Source: Puia sp. (GTDB lineage Bacteria > Bacteroidota > Bacteroidia > Chitinophagales > Chitinophagaceae). From it: DNA of 64,000 bases. Where the stretch lies: contig JBGPBW010000001.1 of NCBI GenBank assembly GCA_041481385.1, positions 1,531 through 65,530 on the forward strand. The letters are read 5' to 3'. Made by a program: the position numbers and the translations under genes. Within the stretch, counting starts at the first letter, position 1; the number at the start of each line of letters is the position of its first letter. The notes beneath the pieces are model-generated. The model saw only the letters and a list, made by a program, of their open reading frames with translations. It ran no database searches and had not been told where the DNA came from. Below are positions 38,101-47,267 of the stretch, in pieces.

Positions 38101-38423
38101 GAACAAATGTTCCAATGCTTGAACAAAGTGCCAATTTCAGCAATTCACAGGCATTTAATTCCTATACTATGGAAAGCGGATCATTTCTGAGGTGCAGAAA
38201 CCTGACGATCGGGTACACCATCGTTTCCAACACACTCAAGCGTATGCATTTCGACAATTTCCGGGTCTATGTTCAGGCGCTGAATCTGTTTACCGTTACC
38301 AATTATTCAGGTCTGGATCCGGAGTTGAATCCGGGTACCAGTACGGTGTTTGGATACGATAACGGCGTATACCCGAATAATCAAAAGACATATAATGTGG
38401 GTGTCAGTATCACAGTACATTAA
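35133..38423 (+). CDS. susC: SusC/RagA-family TonB-dependent transporter
   Basis: N-terminal CarboxypepD_reg-like domain, plug DITGAISIV...[30 protein letters not shown] and C-terminal [12 protein letters not shown]. Confidence 0.95.
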   Translation: [1096 protein letters not shown]

Positions 38424-38447
38424 TTTATTTTAAAAAATTAGAATAAT

Positions 38448-40283
38448 ATGAAAAAATTATTAAAATGGATATTACCTGTTGCTGCGGTACTCCTGGTCGT
38501 AATTATTTACGCGTGTAATAAAAAACTGGACCTGCAACCACAGGGATCCCTGCTTGCTTCGAATGTCAATAACAATTCCGGCGTTCAGGGATTACTAATC
38601 GGAGCCTATGTATTGCTGTCTGGTGAAAATGTGCCGGGACAGAATCTCGGAAACGGTAGCGCCGCCTCCAATTATGTATATGGAAGTGAAGCAGCAGACG
38701 ATTCCTATAAGGGTTCCTCACCTTCCGACCAGCCCGATGCGATTCCCTTATTGACCTGGTCGTTGTCGCAGGCCAGTACTACTAATTATCTCGATCAGAG
38801 ATGGGTAGTCCTTTACACCGGAATTCAAAGATCTAATGATGTAATCCGCACACTTCGACTGTCCACAGGTATTTCTCCGGCAGATACGACTGAATATGTA
38901 GCTGAAGCCAGGTTTCTTCGTGGTTTCTATCATTTTGAAGGGAAAAAGGCATGGAATAATTTTCCATATGTGGATGAAAACATTTCTTACGTAAATGGAA
39001 ATCTGAATGTTCCCAATATCGACGGAAGCGGGGCTTACATCAATATCTGGCCGCAGATTGTGGGCGATTTACAATACGCTGTAGCGAATCTGCCCACTAC
39101 GCAACCCAATATTGGCAGGGTGAATAAATGGGCAGCCATGGCTTTTCTGGCAAAGGCCTATATGTACCAACATGATTACGCCAGTGCGAAACCCTTGCTG
39201 GACTCGGTCATTCACAATGGCACCACTTCAGATGGAACACCTTATGGCCTTAACCCCCGTTTTCAGAGTAATTTTAACCCTGCGGAAAAGAATAGCCGTG
39301 AAAGTGTTTTTGCCTGCCAGACTTCTGTAAACGATGGGTCTGCCATTGCAACGAATGGTGGGAACGGGAATACGGGTGATGAGCTCAATCATCCTTATAA
39401 CCACGGTCCCGGCTGCTGCGGTTTTAATAATCCCTCATGGAACCTGGTGCAGGCTTACAAAACCGATGCTAATGGACTTCCTTTTTTGGACGGGAGTTAT
39501 AATACCGGACCCCTGGTAAGTTATCCTCCCAATCCCTGGACGGGCAATGTGGATCCGCGTCTTGACTGGACTTCCGGAAGACCGGGCAAACCCTGGTTTG
39601 ACTGGGGAACCATTGACAGTACCTGGATTCGCGACGTGCCGAATGATGGATTATTTGTTACCATGAAGAATAACTATGCGAAGAGTCAACAGGGTTCTTT
39701 TTCATCAACAGAAACCGTATTCTGGGGTGCAGCTGAAGTAGCTGCGAGCAATGTTCCCCTATGCCGTTTTCCCGACGTCTTGCTCTGGGATGCAGAATGT
39801 GAGGCACAAATCGGAAGTCTTGACCAGGCTGAAACCTATGTAAATATGGTTCGTACCCGGGCTGGCAATCCGCAGGGATTTGTTTATTTAAATGCCAGTT
39901 ACGACGGCGCTACCGGAATGTATTCCCCTCAGACTACTCCGGCAGACAAATACAAAGTAAGTCCTTATCCGCTGGGTGCATTTAGTGCCATGGGACAGAC
40001 AAATGCTTTAACGGCAATCCAATTTGAAAGAAGACTGGAACTGGCAATGGAAGGCCAGCGTTTCTTCGATCTGGCGAGATATGACAACGGCACAGGTTTG
40101 ATGGCAACTACGCTGAATAATTATGTTTCAGTTGAAAAAAACAGGAGTTCATTTTATTATGTGAACAGTGCAGCCGTATTTACAAAAGGGGTCAATGAAT
40201 ATTTTGCCATACCCCAGAAAGAATTGGACGCTGAAAATTCGACAGGCACGGTGGTGCTGAAACAAAATCCGGGATACCAGTAA
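38448..40283 (+). CDS. susD: SusD/RagB-family surface lipoprotein
   Basis: Lipobox YAC; EARFLRGFYHF, ERRLELAMEGQRFFDLAR and C-terminal QNPGY; directly after susC. Confidence 0.95.
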   Translation: MKKLLKWILPVAAVLLVVIIYACNKKLDLQPQGSLLASNVNNNSGVQGLLIGAYVLLSGENVPGQNLGNGSAASNYVYGSEAADDSYKGSSPSDQPDAIPLLTWSLSQASTTNYLDQRWVVLYTGIQRSNDVIRTLRLSTGISPADTTEYVAEARFLRGFYHFEGKKAWNNFPYVDENISYVNGNLNVPNIDGSGAYINIWPQIVGDLQYAVANLPTTQPNIGRVNKWAAMAFLAKAYMYQHDYASAKPLLDSVIHNGTTSDGTPYGLNPRFQSNFNPAEKNSRESVFACQTSVNDGSAIATNGGNGNTGDELNHPYNHGPGCCGFNNPSWNLVQAYKTDANGLPFLDGSYNTGPLVSYPPNPWTGNVDPRLDWTSGRPGKPWFDWGTIDSTWIRDVPNDGLFVTMKNNYAKSQQGSFSSTETVFWGAAEVAASNVPLCRFPDVLLWDAECEAQIGSLDQAETYVNMVRTRAGNPQGFVYLNASYDGATGMYSPQTTPADKYKVSPYPLGAFSAMGQTNALTAIQFERRLELAMEGQRFFDLARYDNGTGLMATTLNNYVSVEKNRSSFYYVNSAAVFTKGVNEYFAIPQKELDAENSTGTVVLKQNPGYQ

Positions 40284-40364
40284 TAATATGAATCAAACCC
40301 TATGACAGGAATCTGATCAAAAATTCCTTTTTTTTTTAGTAGTTCGTTTAAAGTTAAACATGGT

Positions 40365-40390
40365 GAAAGGCCCGTTTTTACGGGCTTTTC
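40365..40390. terminator. Bidirectional terminator between susD and the anti-sigma gene
   Basis: gaaaggcccgt-tttt-acgggcttttc between convergent genes. Confidence 0.7.
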
Positions 40391-41782
40391 TTATTTAAAA
40401 TCCAGTTTTACCCGACAAGTCTGTTTTTTCCCCTTGCTTATTTTCCATTCCGGACCGGTTTTGATCAGATGGATGATCATTGCATCATGCGCTGGTGAAA
40501 TCGATTCTATAATTTTGAAGGAGGATAATTCCCCTTTACTATTTACCTGGAAAGTTACAATTTCAGTTCCCCTAATTGCAGAATCTGCAGAGCTTATTTT
40601 TTTATTTGCCTGTGCATATTGATAAAACGCAGTCCACCCGACACTGGGTGCCGCATGTTTATTGATTAGCGAGTCTGGAAGGGAGGAAGACAACTCCTGT
40701 CGCCTTGAAAAGCCGGCAGAACCCGGACTTTCATATTCTGATTTATCCTCAGTAGAATATCCGATAACTACAACATCATTTAATGATGACGAGGTGGGTT
40801 TCATTTCAATCCTATTGATCGACGAACCGTCGGCCTTCAATTCAGTTAAAACGGATTGATATCCTATATAATTTACTGCTATGCGTCCCACTGAGTCCGA
40901 ATTCTTAAGATAAAACTTGAAAAATCCATTCGAGTCTGTTGTTATGCCTGCATTCGAATGTAATAAAGTAACTGCCGCATTTGAAATCGGTTCCTGCTTT
41001 TCATTCACAACGATTCCGGCTATATAATTTTGCGAAGATTTTTTACCTTTTGTAATCGTAACTCCGGCTGCTTTTCCTGATAAAACTTGTTCCTGGGTCA
41101 ACGACAATGGAGATGGGAAGCTGTCCTTGTCATTGTATTTGTTGTTTGGATTCGGATGTAATATAGAATCATACTCTTTCTGATAAATAATGTCGGCAGA
41201 AGTTTCTGATTTTTTCAAGTCGGCATTTGAAACAAGATCTCGCTGCATAGCTGACTTTGCATTTTTCCGATTTGGTATTTGCTCTTTAGCTATAGGATGA
41301 TCGGAAGCTATGGACTTCATTACTGAATCGGTAGATGCGGAATTTCTTTGTGTAATTCCTGTTGTATCTGACGCTGCACCTGGCAATGTTCGGTTTTTAA
41401 AAACACTGCTGTCTTGTTCAGCTGCATTTCCAATTTTAGCTGGATTTGTTTTTTGGGTTACATACATGAATGTGAAAACTGTCGCACCCGCAATAATTAA
41501 TATAGAAGCTGCAACGGTCCATTTCAAATGGATTAATATCCCCTTCTTTCGCTTTTGTTGTTTTGTTCTTTCTGTCAACCGGTTCCGCAAATCGGAAAGA
41601 TCGGATAGGAACGATACAGATTGTTTTCTGCTTTCTTCGTAACCTTCTATCGCGTCTGCAAAAAATGGATCGTCCAGGGCTGCTTTTTCCATAGCCTGCA
41701 TCTCAGGACCAGAGAGTTCCCCATCCAGATATTTCCGGATATCTTCTATAGTAAACCGAATATTTTTCTTTCCTCCTTCCAT
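40391..41782 (-). CDS. Putative anti-sigma factor with TM helix, CarboxypepD_reg-like domain and TonB C-terminal-like domain
   Basis: N-terminus IRKYLDGELSGPEMQAMEKAALDDPFFADAIEG, one TM helix, GIVVNEKQEPISNAAV and a C-terminal TonB_C-like segment; downstream of the ECF sigma. Confidence 0.72.
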   Translation of the reverse strand: MEGGKKNIRFTIEDIRKYLDGELSGPEMQAMEKAALDDPFFADAIEGYEESRKQSVSFLSDLSDLRNRLTERTKQQKRKKGILIHLKWTVAASILIIAGATVFTFMYVTQKTNPAKIGNAAEQDSSVFKNRTLPGAASDTTGITQRNSASTDSVMKSIASDHPIAKEQIPNRKNAKSAMQRDLVSNADLKKSETSADIIYQKEYDSILHPNPNNKYNDKDSFPSPLSLTQEQVLSGKAAGVTITKGKKSSQNYIAGIVVNEKQEPISNAAVTLLHSNAGITTDSNGFFKFYLKNSDSVGRIAVNYIGYQSVLTELKADGSSINRIEMKPTSSSLNDVVVIGYSTEDKSEYESPGSAGFSRRQELSSSLPDSLINKHAAPSVGWTAFYQYAQANKKISSADSAIRGTEIVTFQVNSKGELSSFKIIESISPAHDAMIIHLIKTGPEWKISKGKKQTCRVKLDFK

Positions 41783-41794
41783 TTTGATTTTGGC

Positions 41795-42373
41795 TTAATC
41801 GCCCCCTGGGCTGTTTTTCTCCATACAAATTTTTAGATTTCTTCTCGCATTCTGAACATGGCTCCTCACTTTATCCCATTCTGTTTGGGTTATACTTGCA
41901 ATTTCTCTATAACTTTTATTCTGCAGGTAAAATAATTGCACGGTCATTTTTTGTTCGGGGGATAATCCATCGATGCATTTTGTAAGTTGACTCAGTTGTT
42001 CTTCATTTTCAAACACGCCATTCAGATGCGGATTTTCCGTCAATTGCATAATACCCGGATCATTTATAAGCTTTAGACGTTTCCCTGCACGTAATTGCAT
42101 AAGGCAATGGTTTTTAGCCACCGTATATACCCATCCGGAGAATTGACTAACCTCATGTTTTGCGAGTTTCGAAACCAGCTCCTCAAATATAGACATGACG
42201 GCATCTTTGGCTTCTTCCGGATTCTTTAGGTATTTCAGGCATACCGCATACAGGAGATCCATGTAGCGCTGGTAGAGCTCGGACAGTATCCGGATATCGC
42301 CCTCCTTTTTATATAGCAGAACCAGTTCCTGATCTGTAGCTGCCCTATTTTCCGTGTTTTTAAGAAATGCCAA
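41795..42373 (-). CDS. ECF-type RNA polymerase sigma-70 factor
   Basis: Region 2 LYQRYMDLLYAVCLKYL...AKDAV...WVYTVAKNHC and region 4 LFYLQNKSYREIA...VRSHVQNARRNLK. Confidence 0.93.
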   Translation of the reverse strand: MAFLKNTENRAATDQELVLLYKKEGDIRILSELYQRYMDLLYAVCLKYLKNPEEAKDAVMSIFEELVSKLAKHEVSQFSGWVYTVAKNHCLMQLRAGKRLKLINDPGIMQLTENPHLNGVFENEEQLSQLTKCIDGLSPEQKMTVQLFYLQNKSYREIASITQTEWDKVRSHVQNARRNLKICMEKNSPGGD

Positions 42374-42477
42374 TGCCTGTTAGTTCATGGTGATCATTTT
42401 GGAAAAATAATTAAAATAATTCGCGAAGCTGTATGTAATCTGGAAAAAGGGTGCATCTGAAAACAAAACTTACCACT

Positions 42478-44475
42478 ATGCGATACCTAATTGTAGCCTG
42501 TTTAGCCTCAATATTCATCCTGACAGCGTTCAGGGAGAACCGGGAAATCAAGATAACCGGTATGGTCAGAGATGAAAAAGGAATACCCTTGTCTGGAGTA
42601 ACGGTTTTGGAAAAGCAAATTCATGATGGAAAACAAAAGGCAACGACTACAGGACAGGATGGAAGTTTTTCACTGACTGTTTCAAAGAAGAATTCAGTTT
42701 TGGTTTTTCTAATAATTGGATATGAAAAACAGGAATTTACCGTAGGGGAAAATGAAATAAACATTCAGATTGTGATGAAGCCCTCCCACGCATCATTACA
42801 TGAGGTAGTGGTAACCGGATACACAACAAGGAAGACTAATGCGAAGTCCAGACTTACGGAAGACCAATATGAATTGGACAAAAAATCAGGTTATGTAACA
42901 CCGGTCTTACTAAATGGCAGGGTGTCGGGCCTGCAAGTCAACCCGGCGACAACAAAAAATCAGCCTGTAACCCGTGGAGATTATTTTGATCAAAATGCTG
43001 ACACTTCAGTTTTTAATACGGAAGAATATGATCAAATTATTGAAAACAGGTTCCTTACCGCAACCGAAAACCCATTGTCTACTTTTTCCATAGATGTGGA
43101 TGGCAGTTCTTATAGCAATGCCAGGAGATATCTTCAGCAGGGTCGGATACCTCCCGCAGGGTCAGTCCGGATCGAGGAATTCATCAATTATTTTCACTAC
43201 GATTATCCCCAACCAAAAGGACAATATCCTTTTTCCATCAACACAGAAATTGGCGAATGCGCCTGGAGCCCGCACCATAGACTGTTAATGATTGGATTGC
43301 AGGGCAGAAAGATCCCAATGAATGAATTGCCGGCCTCCAACCTGGTATTTCTGATTGATGTTTCAGGTTCCATGATGGAACCTGAAAAATTGCCTCTTGT
43401 ACAACGTTCCCTGGGAATGCTGGTTGACCAACTAAGGGAGCAGGACAGGGTTTCGCTGGTTGTTTATGCTGGTAATGCTGGCCTGGTTTTGCCTTCAACA
43501 CCTGGTAATGAAAAAACAAAAATCAAAGAGGCTATAGACAGGTTGGAAGCGGGAGGATCTACCGCAGGGGGAGCCGGAATTCTTTTGGCTTACCGGGTGG
43601 CAGAACAAAATTTTAAGAAAGGTGGAAATAACCGCGTAATCCTTTGCACCGACGGCGATTTTAATGTGGGTGCCAGTAGCGACGCGGATCTGGTAGGGAT
43701 CATTGAGAAGAAAAGAAAAACGGGTGTGTTCCTGACAGTGATGGGGTTTGGGATGGGAAATTATAAGGACAGTAAGATGGAAAAGCTTGCTGACGCGGGA
43801 AACGGCAATCATGCTTATATCGATAATGAAAACGAAGCCAGAAAAGTACTCGTGCATGAATTTGGTGGAACCTTATTCACAATTGCCAAAGACGTGAAAC
43901 TACAGATAGAATTTAATCCCGCCAAAGTACAAGCTTACCGCCTGATCGGTTATGAAAACCGGATGCTGAATAAGGAAGATTTTAATAATGATGCCAGGGA
44001 TGCGGGCGAATTAGGAAGCGGACATACAGTAACTGCTTTATACGAAATCATTCCGGTTGGCGAGAAGAATGAATTTTTTGAAGGCGTTGATTCTTTAAGA
44101 TATCAACATAATCCGGAAACGAACAAAACAAATGGAGGTAACGAACTCATGACCATTAAATTCAGATATAAAAATCCCGACGGAGAAAAAAGCCAGTTGA
44201 TACAACAGACGGTAAATGATGAGCAATCCTTATTGAATAGCCGCTCTCTTAATTTCCGTTTTGTTTCTGCTGTTGCCCAATTTGGGATGCTGTTGAGAAA
44301 TTCTGCATTCAGGCAGGAAGCAGACTATGGTAAAACCATGAAACTGGCAAAAAATGCACTTGGAACAGATGCTGAGGGCTACCGTTTGGAATTTCTGCAA
44401 TTGGTGAAAGAGGCAGGAAAGCTGGCAAAGGAGGAGACGTCAACGATTAATGAGGAGCTTTCAGAGGTCAGATAA
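42478..44475 (+). CDS. YfbK-like vWA domain protein (CarboxypepD_reg-like, vWF_A, vWA and DUF3520)
   Basis: PLSTFSIDVDGSSYS, MIDAS DVSGS, GGSTAG, CTDGDFNVG and YRLIGYENR. ATG 42478 gives a signal peptide. Confidence 0.9.
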   Translation: MRYLIVACLASIFILTAFRENREIKITGMVRDEKGIPLSGVTVLEKQIHDGKQKATTTGQDGSFSLTVSKKNSVLVFLIIGYEKQEFTVGENEINIQIVMKPSHASLHEVVVTGYTTRKTNAKSRLTEDQYELDKKSGYVTPVLLNGRVSGLQVNPATTKNQPVTRGDYFDQNADTSVFNTEEYDQIIENRFLTATENPLSTFSIDVDGSSYSNARRYLQQGRIPPAGSVRIEEFINYFHYDYPQPKGQYPFSINTEIGECAWSPHHRLLMIGLQGRKIPMNELPASNLVFLIDVSGSMMEPEKLPLVQRSLGMLVDQLREQDRVSLVVYAGNAGLVLPSTPGNEKTKIKEAIDRLEAGGSTAGGAGILLAYRVAEQNFKKGGNNRVILCTDGDFNVGASSDADLVGIIEKKRKTGVFLTVMGFGMGNYKDSKMEKLADAGNGNHAYIDNENEARKVLVHEFGGTLFTIAKDVKLQIEFNPAKVQAYRLIGYENRMLNKEDFNNDARDAGELGSGHTVTALYEIIPVGEKNEFFEGVDSLRYQHNPETNKTNGGNELMTIKFRYKNPDGEKSQLIQQTVNDEQSLLNSRSLNFRFVSAVAQFGMLLRNSAFRQEADYGKTMKLAKNALGTDAEGYRLEFLQLVKEAGKLAKEETSTINEELSEVR

Positions 44476-44485
44476 TCTGGCACTT

Positions 44486-44521
44486 AAAAAAACCGGGGAC
44501 TTGAAATTTCCCCGGTTTTTT
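44486..44521. terminator. Bidirectional terminator
   Basis: aaaaaaaccgggga-cttgaaatt-tccccggtttttt between convergent genes. Confidence 0.8.
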
Positions 44522-44540
44522 ATGGAAATGTAGAAGTCGA

Positions 44541-45101
44541 TTATTGAATTTTGAACACAACACCTACCTGGAAATTGGTGATGTCATAGCCGATTTCAGA
44601 GTTAAATCCGAAACCCGGTGTTACAAAATAAGATGCTCCGGCAAAAGCGCCGAAATAGGGGATTGGACTGTCGTAGTCGTACCCGGGATATGTATAATGA
44701 TTAAAGCCGATACCGGCTGAAAAACCACCATAGGTATCCAGACCGGGAACATCCCAGCCATAATGCCAGGCCGCTCTTCCAGCCACCACAAATGTGCTCG
44801 AGATATAAGAATTATCATTTTTATGCTGGCCTGAGAAAGTTCCACCGAATTCCGGCCCAAGGGTAATCACACCAGGCCCGGCCTGCCACATGCCGTATTC
44901 AGCTGCCACTTTAAATCCCCAGGGGGTATTATATGTCGGATTTTTATAACCCGCACCAAAACCAACTCCCATATTGACAAAGAGGCTGCCGATCTCCATA
45001 GGTGTTGTGCCACCATGGCCTGATTTATTCGATTGGGAGAATACTTGTTGTGAAAAACCGATACTGATCAGACTGATTACAATTAAGCTTGTTTTCTTCA
45101 T
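44541..45101 (-). CDS. Probable outer-membrane beta-barrel protein
   Basis: Signal peptide and alternating aromatic/Gly beta-strand pattern. Confidence 0.6.
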   Translation of the reverse strand: MKKTSLIVISLISIGFSQQVFSQSNKSGHGGTTPMEIGSLFVNMGVGFGAGYKNPTYNTPWGFKVAAEYGMWQAGPGVITLGPEFGGTFSGQHKNDNSYISSTFVVAGRAAWHYGWDVPGLDTYGGFSAGIGFNHYTYPGYDYDSPIPYFGAFAGASYFVTPGFGFNSEIGYDITNFQVGVVFKIQ

Positions 45102-45435
45102 TTTTTAGTAATTAATGGTTGGCAAAATTAATTATTCTGAAGATGATAAATAAAAAAAGGGCCAGGATAGAAATCCAGCCCATTTTAAAATCCAATATCC
45201 TATGAAAAACCATAGTAGTAAATACAAGACATATACCAAGTTGTCCTTCCCGGTCTCCATAACGAAGAATACATTTTTATATGGTAAGGATCAACCACTT
45301 ATGAATCTAAATAAAAGTTTTGGAGAAAATCATTTCCAATACATATTATCTGAGAGCCCAAAACATTTCTTATTTGTGGAATTTATGTCCCAAATCGGAA
45401 TCATAAGGCAATGGACTGGCATCATTTTTTAGCTA

Positions 45436-45443
45436 TACCTTTG
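45436..45443 (+). promoter_or_regulatory. -7 box TACCTTTG
   Basis: Exact TAnnTTTG, 21 nt before the PRC-barrel ATG. Confidence 0.55.
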
Positions 45444-45464
45444 ATTCTCCTTAAATGAATATCT

Positions 45465-45881
45465 ATGGAAATGAAATCTTACGATAAACAATCGCTATTA
45501 GAAAAAGATAATTTAACGGGTGAGAACCAGGGACCCCTGCTACCGAATATAAAGGGACGGTACCTGACAGCTTCTTCACTGCACGGGGATAAAGTAGTCA
45601 ATCCTTCTGGTGAACACCTTGGAGAGATTAAAGACGTGATGCTTGATCTTGAGTCCGGAAATATCGATTATTTCATTATTGAGTTTGGCGGATTCCTGGG
45701 ATTGGGAGTAAAATACTTCGCCATTCCCCTGCGTCTGCTCACCCTGGACGCGGCCAACAGGCGTTTTATATTTAATCAGAGTCGGGAGGTTCTTGAAAAA
45801 GCTCCTGGTTTCGATATGGACCACTGGCCCGATACCAATTTGCATTTCGATGAAGTATTCAGTTACTGGCGTTTTATTTAA
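45465..45881 (+). CDS. PRC-barrel domain protein
   Basis: LTASSLHGDKVVNPSGEHLGEIKDVMLD...FGGFLGLG. Confidence 0.9.
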   Translation: MEMKSYDKQSLLEKDNLTGENQGPLLPNIKGRYLTASSLHGDKVVNPSGEHLGEIKDVMLDLESGNIDYFIIEFGGFLGLGVKYFAIPLRLLTLDAANRRFIFNQSREVLEKAPGFDMDHWPDTNLHFDEVFSYWRFI

Positions 45882-45890
45882 TATTATTTT

Positions 45891-46124
45891 ATGTGGGAAG
45901 AAAAAAACCAGGCCTTATACCAGCGGTTTGTTTTTAAGAATTTCTCCGAAGCTTTTTCATTTATGACAAGGGTTGCCCTTGAAGCAGAAAAAATGGATCA
46001 TCATCCCAAATGGACCAACATATATAATGAAGTTGAAATCTGGTTATCCACCCATGATGCCGGAGATATTGTAACAGAGAGGGACCGGAATCTCGCAAAA
46101 AAAATAGACGCGTTAAAAGCTTGA
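45891..46124 (+). CDS. phhB: Pterin-4-alpha-carbinolamine dehydratase
   Basis: [15 protein letters not shown] and LSTHDAG motifs. Confidence 0.92.
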   Translation: MWEEKNQALYQRFVFKNFSEAFSFMTRVALEAEKMDHHPKWTNIYNEVEIWLSTHDAGDIVTERDRNLAKKIDALKA

Positions 46125-46179
46125 GGCGTGAAGCATGAGGCATTAAGCTTCGAGCCTCATGCTTCATGCTTCAGGCCTT
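46117..46179. repeat. Inverted heptamer arrays (AAGCNTG/AGGCNTN then their reverse complement) forming a hairpin between convergent genes
   Basis: aagcttg aggcgtg aagcatg aggcatt aagcttc gagcctc atgcttc atgcttc aggcctt; both stop codons lie inside it. Confidence 0.8.
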
Positions 46180-46410
46180 TTGCACTTTCAGCACTTCCAG
46201 TAATCCGTTCTTGATATTGAATTCAATGATCCGCACTTTGCCTTTATAGCCGTTGTACAAAACAGTGGGTACTTCAATCCATACGCTCCGTTCTGGTTTC
46301 CCATTCAGGGTGCAGCTGGCAATCATCTGAATTTTTTCATCTGTTGTTTTGCGTCCTTTAAATACAGCTTCGACGTCGGTGTAAACAGGAATATCGGGAT
46401 TCTCTTCCAT
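46171..46410 (-). CDS. Small hypothetical protein
   Basis: Open frame in otherwise unoccupied sequence; likely start ATG 46410 (MEENPDIP). Confidence 0.5.
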   Translation of the reverse strand: MEENPDIPVYTDVEAVFKGRKTTDEKIQMIASCTLNGKPERSVWIEVPTVLYNGYKGKVRIIEFNIKNGLLEVLKVQKA

Positions 46411-46491
46411 ATGATCGGGGTTTAGTCTGCGATTTATTCTTCTGCAATCTGCCAGGCATGCGGATGCCGGCAAAAAAACCTGTCTCTGGCA

Positions 46492-46740
46492 CTACTGCAA
46501 AATCCTCTCCATTTCTGTAATCATTGCCCTCACCAATCCGGGATCAGGTTTTGCTTTTTTTGCTGAGAAAGGATCTGCCTCCAGCGCCCTTAATTTTCCT
46601 TCATCATCTTTTTCCAGTATCATCTCCGTGTCTCCGAGGGTGCAAAGAAACTGATAGGTATATGCACTCGCCCTGAGCCTGCAGGTAATTTCCTGCGGGA
46701 CTTCCTTGAACAGAAAATTCAGGGTAAACGAATCGGACAT
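46492..46740 (-). CDS. Small hypothetical protein
   Basis: 82 aa frame with protein-like composition and a TAACTTCG -7-like box just upstream. Confidence 0.6.
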   Translation of the reverse strand: MSDSFTLNFLFKEVPQEITCRLRASAYTYQFLCTLGDTEMILEKDDEGKLRALEADPFSAKKAKPDPGLVRAMITEMERILQ

Positions 46741-46777
46741 GAGGCGAAGTTAAACAAATGGCACGTCGCGAGGATAG

Positions 46778-46795
46778 CTAAGTGGAAACACTTAG
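46778..46795. promoter_or_regulatory. Palindromic site CTAAGTG-GAAA-CACTTAG
   Basis: 7-bp perfect arms; recurs with one mismatch at 57405. Confidence 0.55.
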
Positions 46796-46898
46796 TTAAC
46801 TATATGTCAGTTGATTATGGATTTATTTTTATTAAATTTAAAACATGAACAGCCTGTCACGGGCTGATCTGCTATTTTTTAACCCAAAACGATTTATT

Positions 46899-47267
46899 AT
46901 GAAATGGTATTTAAAAGTCTTAAAAAATTACGCAGTATTTGAAGGACGGGCCAGGAGAAGTGAATATTGGTATTTTGCCTTGTTCTACATTTTATTTGCA
47001 TTTGTAGTAGCCTGGATAGGCCTGTATACCCGGATAACTTTGTTATATCCGGTTTATCTTTTGGCATCCATAATTCCGTCTATCGCTGTCGGTGTCCGCA
47101 GAATGCACGATGTGAACAAAAGTGGCTGGTTTATCCTCATTCCCATATACAACCTGATATTATATTGTACAGATGGAACCCAGGGTCCGAATCAATATGG
47201 TCCTGATCCAAAAAGACCTGAGTTTGAAGAATTCCTTAATGAATCTGAACCCGGCCTCCCTCAATAA
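46899..47267 (+). CDS. DUF805 membrane protein
   Basis: FEGRARRSEYW, IAVGVRRMHDVNKSGW and NQYGPDP. Confidence 0.92.
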   Translation: MKWYLKVLKNYAVFEGRARRSEYWYFALFYILFAFVVAWIGLYTRITLLYPVYLLASIIPSIAVGVRRMHDVNKSGWFILIPIYNLILYCTDGTQGPNQYGPDPKRPEFEEFLNESEPGLPQ

